From a virus (Duplodnaviria; Caudoviricetes), in the IMG/VR virus record IMGVR_UViG_3300031565_014856, positions 1-58,914 of that record: a stretch of 58,914 bases of DNA; one strand, written 5' to 3'. A program made the translations under genes and the position numbers. A model generated the notes under the pieces. The model saw nothing but the letters and a program-made list of their open reading frames with translations. It was not told the origin of the DNA and searched no databases. Of the stretch, positions 27,205-35,268 are shown in pieces (the stretch's first letter is position 1; each line of letters begins with the position of its first letter).

Positions 27205-27285
27205 TTACCCTGAGAGGAATCGAACCTCTGTCTCCGGGGCCAAAACCCGACGTGTTGTGCTTGCGCTCCTTTATACTACAGGGCA
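27205..27285 (-). tRNA. tRNA-Gln(UUG) with enlarged D-loop
   Basis: U1-A72; loop TTTTGGC; D-loop contains GC-GCAA-GC. Confidence 0.8.
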
Positions 27286-27294
27286 ATGTAGTTG

Positions 27295-27368
27295 AGTCCA
27301 CACCCAGGATCGAACTGGGTTCCCCGCCATACCAAGGCGGCATTCTATGCCTTCTAAACTATGCGGAC
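27295..27368 (-). tRNA. tRNA-Thr(GGU)
   Basis: cloverleaf; loop TTGGTAT. Confidence 0.85.
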
Positions 27369-27421
27369 TGGTAAGAGGCTTTGCACCTCGGATGAGAGTC
27401 ACTTAATCACTCTTAAGTTTT

Positions 27422-27550
27422 TGGTGGGGAAGGTTGGAGTTGAACCAACTGACTTTAGTATTTCAAACTAACGTTTAACCGATGAAACTCTATGCGTTAC
27501 TATGAAGAAATTCAAGAAAATTGCGAGAGCATTTTTAAAACTTCTTCCCC
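27422..27550 (-). ncRNA. tRNA(GAA)-like RNA with Y-RNA-like motif copy 5 inserted in the D-loop, CCA encoded
   Basis: acceptor GGGGAAG/CTTCCCC-A-CCA; D-loop holds CUCUCGC-AAUUUUCU-UGAA[UUUC]UUCA-UAGUAA-CGCAUAGAG-UUUCAUCG; anticodon loop TTGAAAT. Confidence 0.8.
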
Positions 27551-27554
27551 ATTG

Positions 27555-27627
27555 TTGACCCTCCAGGGCTCGAACCCGGACTCTTGTGGACCAAAACCAC
27601 ACGTGTTACCAATTACACTAAGGGTCA
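27555..27627 (-). tRNA. tRNA-Gln(UUG)
   Basis: cloverleaf; loop TTTTGGT. Confidence 0.92.
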
Positions 27628-27666
27628 ATTTGCACGTCTTTCCGTGCTGTCAATCATTTCGATCCC

Positions 27667-27779
27667 AAATGGATGTTTACCGCTTACACTAATTGAACTT
27701 TAACGACAATGCTAATGATGCATTGTGCGGTTCAATGATGGATTCGAACCATCCTCCCATTATTTTGAGATGTCCATTC
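27667..27779 (-). ncRNA. circularly permuted tRNA-like RNA opened at the anticodon loop (YrlA-like topology)
   Basis: order: GAATGG, variable arm, T arm GATGG-TTCGAAT-CCATC, ATTGAAC, hairpin linker, GTTCAAT, D arm, CCATTT. Confidence 0.7.
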
Positions 27780-27781
27780 AG

Positions 27782-27854
27782 AGCCGGAGACAGGAATCGA
27801 ACCCGCGACATCTTCATTACAAGTGAAGCGCTCTACCTACTGAGCTACTCCGGC
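27782..27854 (-). tRNA. tRNA-Thr(UGU)
   Basis: cloverleaf; loop CTTGTAA. Confidence 0.92.
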
Positions 27855-27861
27855 ATTACAA

Positions 27862-27996
27862 ACTGAGAAAATTGACTAGAGATATTTTATCGTGCTACCA
27901 ATTACACTAATCCCGCATAAACATGGAGCGGGACCCAGGATTCGAACCTGGACTAATCGTTCCCAAAACGAAGTAACTCTTGGTCGTTACTACAGT
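27862..27996 (-). ncRNA. Y-RNA-like motif copy 4 enclosing a circularly permuted tRNA-Pro-like module
   Basis: ACUG-UAGUAA-...UUACUUCG, loop UUUGGGA, T arm, GUCCCGC-U-CCA-linker-GCGGGAU, D arm, CUCUAGUC-AAUUUUCU-CAGU. Confidence 0.82.
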
Positions 27997-28002
27997 CTAT
28001 AG

Positions 28003-28073
28003 AGGTCCCTCCCAGATTCGAACTGGGGTCTCTGGTTTTGCAGACCAGCGCCTAACCGCTCGGCTAAGGGACC
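28003..28073 (-). tRNA. tRNA-Cys(GCA)
   Basis: cloverleaf; loop CTGCAAA; U73. Confidence 0.92.
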
Positions 28074-28111
28074 ATGGAAAACAGTACGTCAAAGAACATA
28101 TAACTTCTTCT

Positions 28112-28149
28112 AAAAAGAAAAACCCTCCAGTCTGTGTAGAAAGGAGGGT
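28112..28149 (-). terminator. attenuator terminator upstream of the tRNA operon
   Basis: ACCCTCC...GGAGGGT followed by TTTTCTTTTT. Confidence 0.75.
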
Positions 28150-28179
28150 GAAGAAGTTATATATGATATGATAATTTCC

Positions 28180-28275
28180 TTAACCTGTCTCTCCTTTCTG
28201 AGCGTAAAATGGCTCCTCACAGAGTTGCGTTAGCATCTGAGTTAAAAAGGGTTGATATGTTAAAGTTGTTATCAT
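28180..28275 (-). CDS. putative 31-aa leader peptide (MITTLTYQPFLTQMLTQLCEEPFYAQKGETG)
   Basis: short ORF between promoter and terminator; contains the antiterminator strand AGAAAGGAG. Confidence 0.6.
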   Translation of the reverse strand: MITTLTYQPFLTQMLTQLCEEPFYAQKGETG

Positions 28276-28384
28276 CACAATTTTTCTTATATTATTATAT
28301 ATAGCGTTCGTTGTTAAAAGTTTTGTAACTGAGTGCAAATATTACACTTTTTTCTGAAATAAAAAAATTTTAGTGAACTTTTTT

Positions 28385-28666
28385 TTAAAATTTTTCTGCC
28401 ATTACGTGTTCAAACTCGCGTTTTTTAGCTTTCTTTCTCCTTATCTTTCCATCAAATTTATGGGATAAATTTAATTCTTCTCTCTTTTCGTTTATCCTTA
28501 TATAAAGAGTTTCATGCACCAGGGTTGGATTTATTACCCCGCTTCTTTTAACCATATTGGTATAAAGTTCGGCTAATCTTTCACATGTTTTGAGTTGTTT
28601 TACATTCGTACAAGAGTCTATGACCTTGAAAATTTTTTTTATTGGTACAATTTTAATTTCGTCCAT
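28385..28666 (-). CDS. hypothetical protein
   Basis: clean ORF. Confidence 0.55.
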   Translation of the reverse strand: MDEIKIVPIKKIFKVIDSCTNVKQLKTCERLAELYTNMVKRSGVINPTLVHETLYIRINEKREELNLSHKFDGKIRRKKAKKREFEHVMAEKF

Positions 28667-28717
28667 TTATTATATTATTTGAATAGTGGTATCTTGAAAA
28701 ATGCAATACTTTACAAT

Positions 28718-29683
28718 TTATATATTATCGACACATTGTATGGTATTGTATAATTTTTGTACATAATCTTCATCCTGAACGTTTGCCGTTAACCTTTCTG
28801 GGTTTGTGATAATTTGCGTATCTCTATCATTTATCCAAGGATTTAATATCCCGGTCCATCTTCCACCTTCCATAGATTTATATTCAAAAACATCATCATG
28901 ATTTACAATATCTTTAAATCCCAATAACATTTGAATTACATAATTGTGTTTTGGACAAATACGTAAGGCTTCCGTTTGTATTTTTCTCTTTCGTTTTGAA
29001 TCCGGTAAGAGATATAATTGCCACGCGTGTTGGTGCAGTGCGTAAATAGGATATAACCTACGTGCCCACCTTTTAATTATATCTGGTTTCATGTTATTAT
29101 TTATCTTCACAAAATCCTCTTGATGGCTTTCTTCTTCAAAAGGAACTAACTTATAAATAATATCATTCCACCAACGACTTACTTTCGTTACTGGTAAACT
29201 AACTGCCAAATATAACCACGTATAAAATTTAGATCCACAAATAGCTCTCATCCAGCACCATAATTCTGGAGTGAATCTAGCAAATTTACTTATCCTAAAT
29301 CTAAGGTGAGTTACAAATTCTTTTATAAATTCATCGGAATAACCGGCATATTTATACGCTAGAACAGTGTATAATGTATGATCTCTTGATAGGCCAATTT
29401 CATCCGGGAAGCGATGTGGATACCTATATCCTTGATAATAATATTTACCAAATAGTAAGCGTTTTATTCCTTTACGCTCAACTTTTTCCCAACACGATTC
29501 AATCCCTTCAAGAAACCTTTCATCGCCATAACAATAATATGCTATGAAATTTCTTCCTATTGCGTCTCCTTTTCCGTTTTCGCCGTTAGGTTTCCAACCG
29601 GGATTTTGTCCCAACATCATTTTGTATTCCTGATCCACAAACCACTGTGTTTCAGTTGCTTCCCAATTAAATTCTGAGGCCAT
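28718..29683 (-). CDS. hypothetical protein
   Basis: 321-aa ORF; no recognised motif. Confidence 0.7.
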   Translation of the reverse strand: MASEFNWEATETQWFVDQEYKMMLGQNPGWKPNGENGKGDAIGRNFIAYYCYGDERFLEGIESCWEKVERKGIKRLLFGKYYYQGYRYPHRFPDEIGLSRDHTLYTVLAYKYAGYSDEFIKEFVTHLRFRISKFARFTPELWCWMRAICGSKFYTWLYLAVSLPVTKVSRWWNDIIYKLVPFEEESHQEDFVKINNNMKPDIIKRWARRLYPIYALHQHAWQLYLLPDSKRKRKIQTEALRICPKHNYVIQMLLGFKDIVNHDDVFEYKSMEGGRWTGILNPWINDRDTQIITNPERLTANVQDEDYVQKLYNTIQCVDNI

Positions 29684-29715
29684 TTTTATTTTATATATTA
29701 GGCCTCAAAAACCGC

Positions 29716-30144
29716 CTATATATTATACTTTTCCTCTAATTTTTTGGCTATCTCTTCGGTTGGTACTTCTTCTGGATAAGCAAATTTTTTCCAAACGAGC
29801 TTATCACCAACATAAAAACCGTAACGTCTTTCGTTTTCAAGAGGTTTAATCGTTAATTTCGGGAAACCATCTGGAAAGAATTCTTCTAAAAACTCCCCTG
29901 CATCTTCCCACTCCCCATATGCGTCAGTATGTTCTAGCAAATATCCTACGGCCGTTTGAATATTTTCTTTAACAGAGATAGGAGATTCAGATTCAAATGT
30001 AATACTTCCGGTACATGGTTCAGCCCATCCTTCATCTAGGTGGTCTTGGTCCCATTCGATCAATTCTTTTGATTCCATCCATTGGGGGTAAGCCGACCCA
30101 TCACCCCCATTCTGGACAGAATAATAAACTGTTAATGTATGCAT
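29716..30144 (-). CDS. hypothetical protein
   Basis: tiled ORF. Confidence 0.6.
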   Translation of the reverse strand: MHTLTVYYSVQNGGDGSAYPQWMESKELIEWDQDHLDEGWAEPCTGSITFESESPISVKENIQTAVGYLLEHTDAYGEWEDAGEFLEEFFPDGFPKLTIKPLENERRYGFYVGDKLVWKKFAYPEEVPTEEIAKKLEEKYNI

Positions 30145-30899
30145 TAATTCATTGCTTGTAACTGTGAATAATCTACTTCGTTATCTACAGGACCAAAGTA
30201 CGCTATAATTTCCATATCACTCAACGAACGAATTTGTTGATATAATTTAATTGAAGACTCCATGTCAATTCTGACAATAAGCTTTCGGAGACCATTTTCA
30301 TAGCCTCTTGCGCTCGCAAATCTTTTTCCATCATCATTCGTATATCCTCTATCTTGTACAAGATTGTGAATGTCTTTATCCACAAGGTACCTCTCCTTAA
30401 GCAATTTCATATAAGGTTCGATAGATTCATTTGGGTGATTATACTTATAGAGTATCTGTCCATCATCATAGGTTCCAACATTCCATACGGAATGGGTTGC
30501 TGCAGCTTTTCCTTTTGTCCCTAAGTGTGATTCTAATATACCTTGCGCAAGAACAAAAACTATGTCCATTTTATACTCTTCGCATTTCTCGACAAGATAT
30601 TCCAGATCTAATTCTGTGTCCGGGACAATTTCATATGTAATTCTCTTTACTTCATTAATTAATTGCGTTTGCGCTCTTTCCCTTACAGTATTCGAATACA
30701 TCGTATTAGGATCTATTAGAATGGTTTGTGCGTTCGCTGGATTTGCGTCCCCGCTAGGAGACGATCCAACCGAGCCGGCAAAAAGCAAAAATGTTGCCAA
30801 TAAAGCAACTTTGAACAGTTTTGAAGATTTAGTCGGCAAACTTCGTAAGAAGCTCCAAATAATTGCAACTCCTTTTTCGATTTGTGTTTCTACTCTCAT
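30144..30899 (-). CDS. glucosaminidase-like (lysozyme-fold) cell-wall hydrolase with N-terminal anchor
   Basis: FVLAQGILESHLG, WNVG, FASARGYE. Confidence 0.7.
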   Translation of the reverse strand: MRVETQIEKGVAIIWSFLRSLPTKSSKLFKVALLATFLLFAGSVGSSPSGDANPANAQTILIDPNTMYSNTVRERAQTQLINEVKRITYEIVPDTELDLEYLVEKCEEYKMDIVFVLAQGILESHLGTKGKAAATHSVWNVGTYDDGQILYKYNHPNESIEPYMKLLKERYLVDKDIHNLVQDRGYTNDDGKRFASARGYENGLRKLIVRIDMESSIKLYQQIRSLSDMEIIAYFGPVDNEVDYSQLQAMN

Positions 30900-31063
30900 A
30901 AATTGTTTTTTAGTTTAACATAGTGTCGTAAGAGACACATTTAAAGTATAAAAGTAACAACATTTTTGACACGGTGACACAAAATACTGACTTTTTTACA
31001 TAAAAATGATCTATTTTTACATAGATGCTCTCTTATAACATTTTTTTTGGGTTGTTTTAAGTA

Positions 31064-31600
31064 CTAATCGTCGAACAAGGAAACATTACTTCCTGATGAA
31101 TCAGTACTGGCCTCTCCAGAGGCTATATGGTTGGGTAATATTAAGTTATGCTCAGAAATCATTTCTTCTTTGCTTTCTTCTATATATCTATCGGATTTTA
31201 CTAGTTTTTCACCCAATTTGATGGTCCTAAACCTCATGTAAGGTTTATCTTTTATTTTACCATCAATAAGTTTAAGTGTATCAAATACGGTAACTTCTTC
31301 TTCTTCAATAAGCCTTGCGATGGTTATTTTGTCATCCTCACCACTCAGAAGTACATATTGTCCGTGGTTTTTATTATGAAACCAATTTTTTAAATCTTTG
31401 TAAAAGATTCCGCCTCTTCCGTTCTTCCATTTAACATAAGCAGCGCCGGTACAGTCCTTATCCAAGTGCAGCTGTAATTCATTATCAACTAAGCCAATTA
31501 TTATTCCATCCACTTCGTTTGGAACTAATTCATCAATTTTTACATCTTTGATTGATAGGTTTTTTTCTTCTACTGCGTCAAGAATCTTTTCTATGTCCAT
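31064..31600 (-). CDS. hypothetical protein
   Basis: tiled ORF. Confidence 0.6.
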   Translation of the reverse strand: MDIEKILDAVEEKNLSIKDVKIDELVPNEVDGIIIGLVDNELQLHLDKDCTGAAYVKWKNGRGGIFYKDLKNWFHNKNHGQYVLLSGEDDKITIARLIEEEEVTVFDTLKLIDGKIKDKPYMRFRTIKLGEKLVKSDRYIEESKEEMISEHNLILPNHIASGEASTDSSGSNVSLFDD

Positions 31601-31832
31601 TGTTAAATATGTTAGGATTGTATAATTTATTTCTAAGATCTAAGTTAAAAGAGATCAATCTGATTTCTTCGTCTGCTGATTTTATATTGCCGTCTTCTAT
31701 TAAAGTTTTAATTTTATGAAGCCACGTATCTTCAAACACTTCATATTCATTTAAGAATATTTTCGCTCCATCTATTCCTCCTTTTTCCCAATGGAGAATT
31801 AATCCCTTTACTGTTGCTTTTAGCTTGTCCAT
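31578..31832 (-). CDS. hypothetical protein
   Basis: tiled ORF. Confidence 0.55.
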   Translation of the reverse strand: MDKLKATVKGLILHWEKGGIDGAKIFLNEYEVFEDTWLHKIKTLIEDGNIKSADEEIRLISFNLDLRNKLYNPNIFNNGHRKDS

Positions 31833-32230
31833 TTTTCAAATCTCAACAATTCTTTTTTAAATTCGTCTGGAAAAATTTCTGTAGCCTCTCTCACAGCCTT
31901 CTGATCAAAACCCATTTTAGAAGCATAATCATTCAATGTACTTTCTTTAAAGTTTGATTTCTTTTCCTTAGATTCCTTGGCTTTTTTAACTCCCTTAGTG
32001 AACATCCAATATGGAGTCTTGGTGAATTGTTTTCTTAAGAAATGCTGCCAAAAATCAACAACACCAACTTCGTTTATCTTTTGGTGTTGTAAAACTTGAG
32101 CTTGTAATGGGAACTGAATGGACATTCTACGATTTATCATGAAGAAATGTTTTCTCTTCTCGCCGGGAGTTACATTCTTGTAACTTTGTGGGTCCTCAAA
32201 CATTATCTTGGTGAGTTCAAATAGCTCCAT
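31820..32230 (-). CDS. possible clamp-loader small subunit (T4 gp62-like)
   Basis: FMINRRMS...DFW..F...W..K pattern and size; near the RFC-like gene. Confidence 0.45.
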   Translation of the reverse strand: MELFELTKIMFEDPQSYKNVTPGEKRKHFFMINRRMSIQFPLQAQVLQHQKINEVGVVDFWQHFLRKQFTKTPYWMFTKGVKKAKESKEKKSNFKESTLNDYASKMGFDQKAVREATEIFPDEFKKELLRFEKWTS

Positions 32231-32327
32231 TTATCTCTATTTATATAAAGGGTCTTTTCCTGAGGGCTTGGTTACCCAATTATATGTATGCTCAAGAAAA
32301 AGTTTTGGTACATGTGTTAAATTTTTG

Positions 32328-32660
32328 TTAAGATCCTATGGATCTTGTTTTGGTTTTTAATTTTATTCTATTGTTTGTTTGTTGACATTCTGGTACTAAT
32401 CTGTTAATGGACCAATATATGTTAGCTGAAGGATCATACATATTCAATGCTGATTTGATTGTTCTTAAAACCCATGTGGCTTCTTTTATTGTGTCAAAAA
32501 CAACGGCATAAGGACCCTCATCATCCTTTTTTATATCCTCAAGCACAATGCTTATAAGTGCAATTTCGCCATCACGGATTTTTCCAATATAATAAAATGC
32601 GGCATCTTTTTTCAGACCCAATTCCAATCCTGTTATTGTACATTTAATCGCCTTCCCCAC
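32328..32660 (-). CDS. hypothetical protein
   Basis: tiled ORF. Confidence 0.5.
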   Translation of the reverse strand: MGKAIKCTITGLELGLKKDAAFYYIGKIRDGEIALISIVLEDIKKDDEGPYAVVFDTIKEATWVLRTIKSALNMYDPSANIYWSINRLVPECQQTNNRIKLKTKTRSIGS

Positions 32661-32925
32661 TTGCCAAATTTATTCGTATGTTATTTAATGCGGTTGTTTT
32701 GCCGAGTTCTGCTAATAAATCAGTATATTCTTGAACTTTAGTTTCTCCTGGGTAAAACACTTGGACCGAAGTGTTCTGTTCAGCCACAGGTAAAATAATG
32801 ATATGATAATCTTCGCCTATTGATTTTCGAATAAAATCTGTGTATTCCTTTGATACCTGCTTCCAATCTAAACCTTCTTTTGCGGTCGCAAGATTTAAAA
32901 GCATTACAAATATTGGTTTTATCAT
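32644..32925 (-). CDS. hypothetical protein
   Basis: tiled ORF. Confidence 0.55.
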   Translation of the reverse strand: MIKPIFVMLLNLATAKEGLDWKQVSKEYTDFIRKSIGEDYHIIILPVAEQNTSVQVFYPGETKVQEYTDLLAELGKTTALNNIRINLASGEGD

Positions 32926-33335
32926 AATTTACCTTCGTTAACTTGAGGTGAGTTTTCTGCCCAGAATTTACGATAATGTTTTGTTTGATCACCTATTTTC
33001 TTCTTCTTGCCGTTTAGCGCTCGGTGCCAAGAGGTGAGTATTATGGCACTCATATCATCTGGGTGATAGATACCCTTCTCGTTAAACCATTGAACGAGGG
33101 GCGCTCTCTCATCTGCCGGTTCTTTTTTACAATCTGCCCACAATCCGAGATTGTTTCGGATGTACATTCCAAGTCCCATGTGAGATACAGCGATCGCTTT
33201 TTTCTCTTTCATTCGAGCAAATTCTCGATGATCAACTACCGTGTTTGCGAGCCAATCAAAACACTCATCCAAATTTTGAATTCGGTAAACCAGATTTTCC
33301 TGTTTGGTTTCCCATTGTTTAATTTCTTTTGACAT
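32922..33335 (-). CDS. DUF6794-like hypothetical protein
   Basis: HMGLGMYIRNNLGLW...GIYHPDDMSAIIL. Confidence 0.6.
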   Translation of the reverse strand: MSKEIKQWETKQENLVYRIQNLDECFDWLANTVVDHREFARMKEKKAIAVSHMGLGMYIRNNLGLWADCKKEPADERAPLVQWFNEKGIYHPDDMSAIILTSWHRALNGKKKKIGDQTKHYRKFWAENSPQVNEGKL

Positions 33336-33340
33336 TTTGT

Positions 33341-34525
33341 TTAAAATAATTCTTTGTTTAATCTGTCTACTTCTCTAAATATGGACGATTCGTTTCCTGA
33401 ATTCTTACCATTTACGTATTGAGTTCCTTCAAGGATGGTGTTCATGTTCCAATCCTGTGGACGTACATTGGGACGTTCAAGTTGTTCTTGTAACTTTTCG
33501 TCAAATCCCTGTGCGATATTCTCTGGAAACACGTGTCTCGCAAGAACAACGAGTTTAATTTGCCTCTGCAAACGCTCATTAATATCAAATGGCGGGCGCT
33601 GTCCAGAAAAATTGACCAATTGGTCATAAATAAGATTGGCTTTCTCTCCGAGATCAAGATAATCCGAGGCACCGATAAACTCGATTATTTTCTCGAATTT
33701 CGAATTCGTAATGCGAGTAGACATTTCCTCGCCTTTTTTGTTTTTACGAATTTCTCCATTTGGTTCTCTAACCATCCAACTATAAATAGAAGGAACGTTA
33801 TCTCCATCATCTCCACAAAAAATCTTCTTCAAAGCAATGTGATCTCCTTTCACCTCCTCAAAAAGCATCTTGTCAGTATTCTTTAACCTAAGGAAATCCT
33901 CTTTGTCCACATCGATAGCTCTATTAAATATGTCTCCTTCTGCACTGTTGTTTAACCATTCATCGAAGTGATCTGGAATAAAGAGTTTCTTTGAGGAATT
34001 CTTCCCCGTTGCAAATGGATTGAACACGGTAGAGAAAGCCATTTTTCCGTGATCGTGGGGCCAAAACTTTACCAACTGACGAATGTCTTCGTCCCCAGAC
34101 ACCAAAATTACATGCTGGTTCTGTTTATACAAAAGTTCATCTCTCCACAAACACATTATGTCATCAGCTTCCGCTGTATCAATCTTTGTTACTATGAATC
34201 CGGATTCATTCAGTATATCACCGAATTCTCTCATTACATTAAATACATTATCCCAATTTATCCCGGGACTTCTTTCACGATCTCCTTTGTATCCTTCATT
34301 CTCGTCAATTGGGATATCTTTACGCCAGGACCTTGAGTCGAGTGCAAAGAGTACACGAGAGGGGTTTGTTTGCCTTATGATGTAGGTTATATCAGTTGCA
34401 ATCTTTCTCATTAACTGATCTACCTCAAATTGATTGTCAAAACTATAATTCTTTGCGCCGTATCCACCAACGATGAATAAACTTCTAAAGAACATGTTTG
34501 GTAAGTCAAAAATTACGTTAGTCAT
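33341..34525 (-). CDS. 5'-3' exonuclease / flap endonuclease (T4 RNase H-like)
   Basis: IFD..N, ALD..SWRK, YKGDR, EADD, SGDED, GDDGDNVP. Confidence 0.85.
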   Translation of the reverse strand: MTNVIFDLPNMFFRSLFIVGGYGAKNYSFDNQFEVDQLMRKIATDITYIIRQTNPSRVLFALDSRSWRKDIPIDENEGYKGDRERSPGINWDNVFNVMREFGDILNESGFIVTKIDTAEADDIMCLWRDELLYKQNQHVILVSGDEDIRQLVKFWPHDHGKMAFSTVFNPFATGKNSSKKLFIPDHFDEWLNNSAEGDIFNRAIDVDKEDFLRLKNTDKMLFEEVKGDHIALKKIFCGDDGDNVPSIYSWMVREPNGEIRKNKKGEEMSTRITNSKFEKIIEFIGASDYLDLGEKANLIYDQLVNFSGQRPPFDINERLQRQIKLVVLARHVFPENIAQGFDEKLQEQLERPNVRPQDWNMNTILEGTQYVNGKNSGNESSIFREVDRLNKELF

Positions 34526-34526
34526 A

Positions 34527-34841
34527 TTATTTTTCTAATTTTATTCTGATATTTTCTCCTGCTTTTTCAAGTACCTTTTTAATAAGATCTTGAATATTTG
34601 CCGCTATGAAATCTTCATTAACTTCTCTGAATTCTATAAATTTTCGAGTCACTTCACACCGAGAATCTATGTTATACATAATACGAGGAGTGGGCCACTG
34701 TTTGTAATAAACAGTTTGTACATTAGTAACTTTCCCTTTTATTATTCTAACATCGCCAATTTGTGCCGTGGAATCTTTAAGATATCGTTCTGTTAAAAAC
34801 ACTACATCGTCGTCGATACTAAATTTAGTTTTAAATTCCAT
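34527..34841 (-). CDS. hypothetical protein (paralog of next gene)
   Basis: M.(F/I).T.(F/Y)....V.FL and GDV shared with 34844..35188. Confidence 0.55.
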   Translation of the reverse strand: MEFKTKFSIDDDVVFLTERYLKDSTAQIGDVRIIKGKVTNVQTVYYKQWPTPRIMYNIDSRCEVTRKFIEFREVNEDFIAANIQDLIKKVLEKAGENIRIKLEK

Positions 34842-34843
34842 AT

Positions 34844-35188
34844 TTAAAATGGTAAATCATCAGGGTCCTCATTTATGATAGCTTCCTCAAGTCTTTTTCT
34901 TTTGGATTCTGCGTTTTCAAGTTGAATTTTCATGTTGCTCTTGAAAAATTTCATTACATCATGTTCATTCCTAAATAAAAATTTTTCACTTATTTCAGGC
35001 CAATTATTATTGTTGTAACTATCCGTATCTAATAATAATTTATAAACTATTTCTTGAACTCCATTATCAGTACAAAGTATTTCAAATCCTTTAATCATTC
35101 CACACCTTACGTTTACATCTCCGGTTTTATTACCGTGTTCCAAGAAGAAAACATTCTCCCGTAAATTATATTCGGTTTCTATTTTCAT
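34844..35188 (-). CDS. hypothetical protein
   Basis: ends DDLPF. Confidence 0.55.
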   Translation of the reverse strand: MKIETEYNLRENVFFLEHGNKTGDVNVRCGMIKGFEILCTDNGVQEIVYKLLLDTDSYNNNNWPEISEKFLFRNEHDVMKFFKSNMKIQLENAESKRKRLEEAIINEDPDDLPF

Positions 35189-35268
35189 CGAGGATCGTAA
35201 TCGTTATCATAATATGGAAGTATGGGATAAATTTAATCAATAAAAAATGAAAAAAGAAAGAATTTTTG

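Noticed and set aside
22822-28171. Short ORFs over the tRNA array (22822+, 23547-, 23631+, 24381+, 24545+, 26700+, 27107-, 27492+, 27980+)
   Set aside because: They are translations of tRNA/ncRNA sequence with no protein features.
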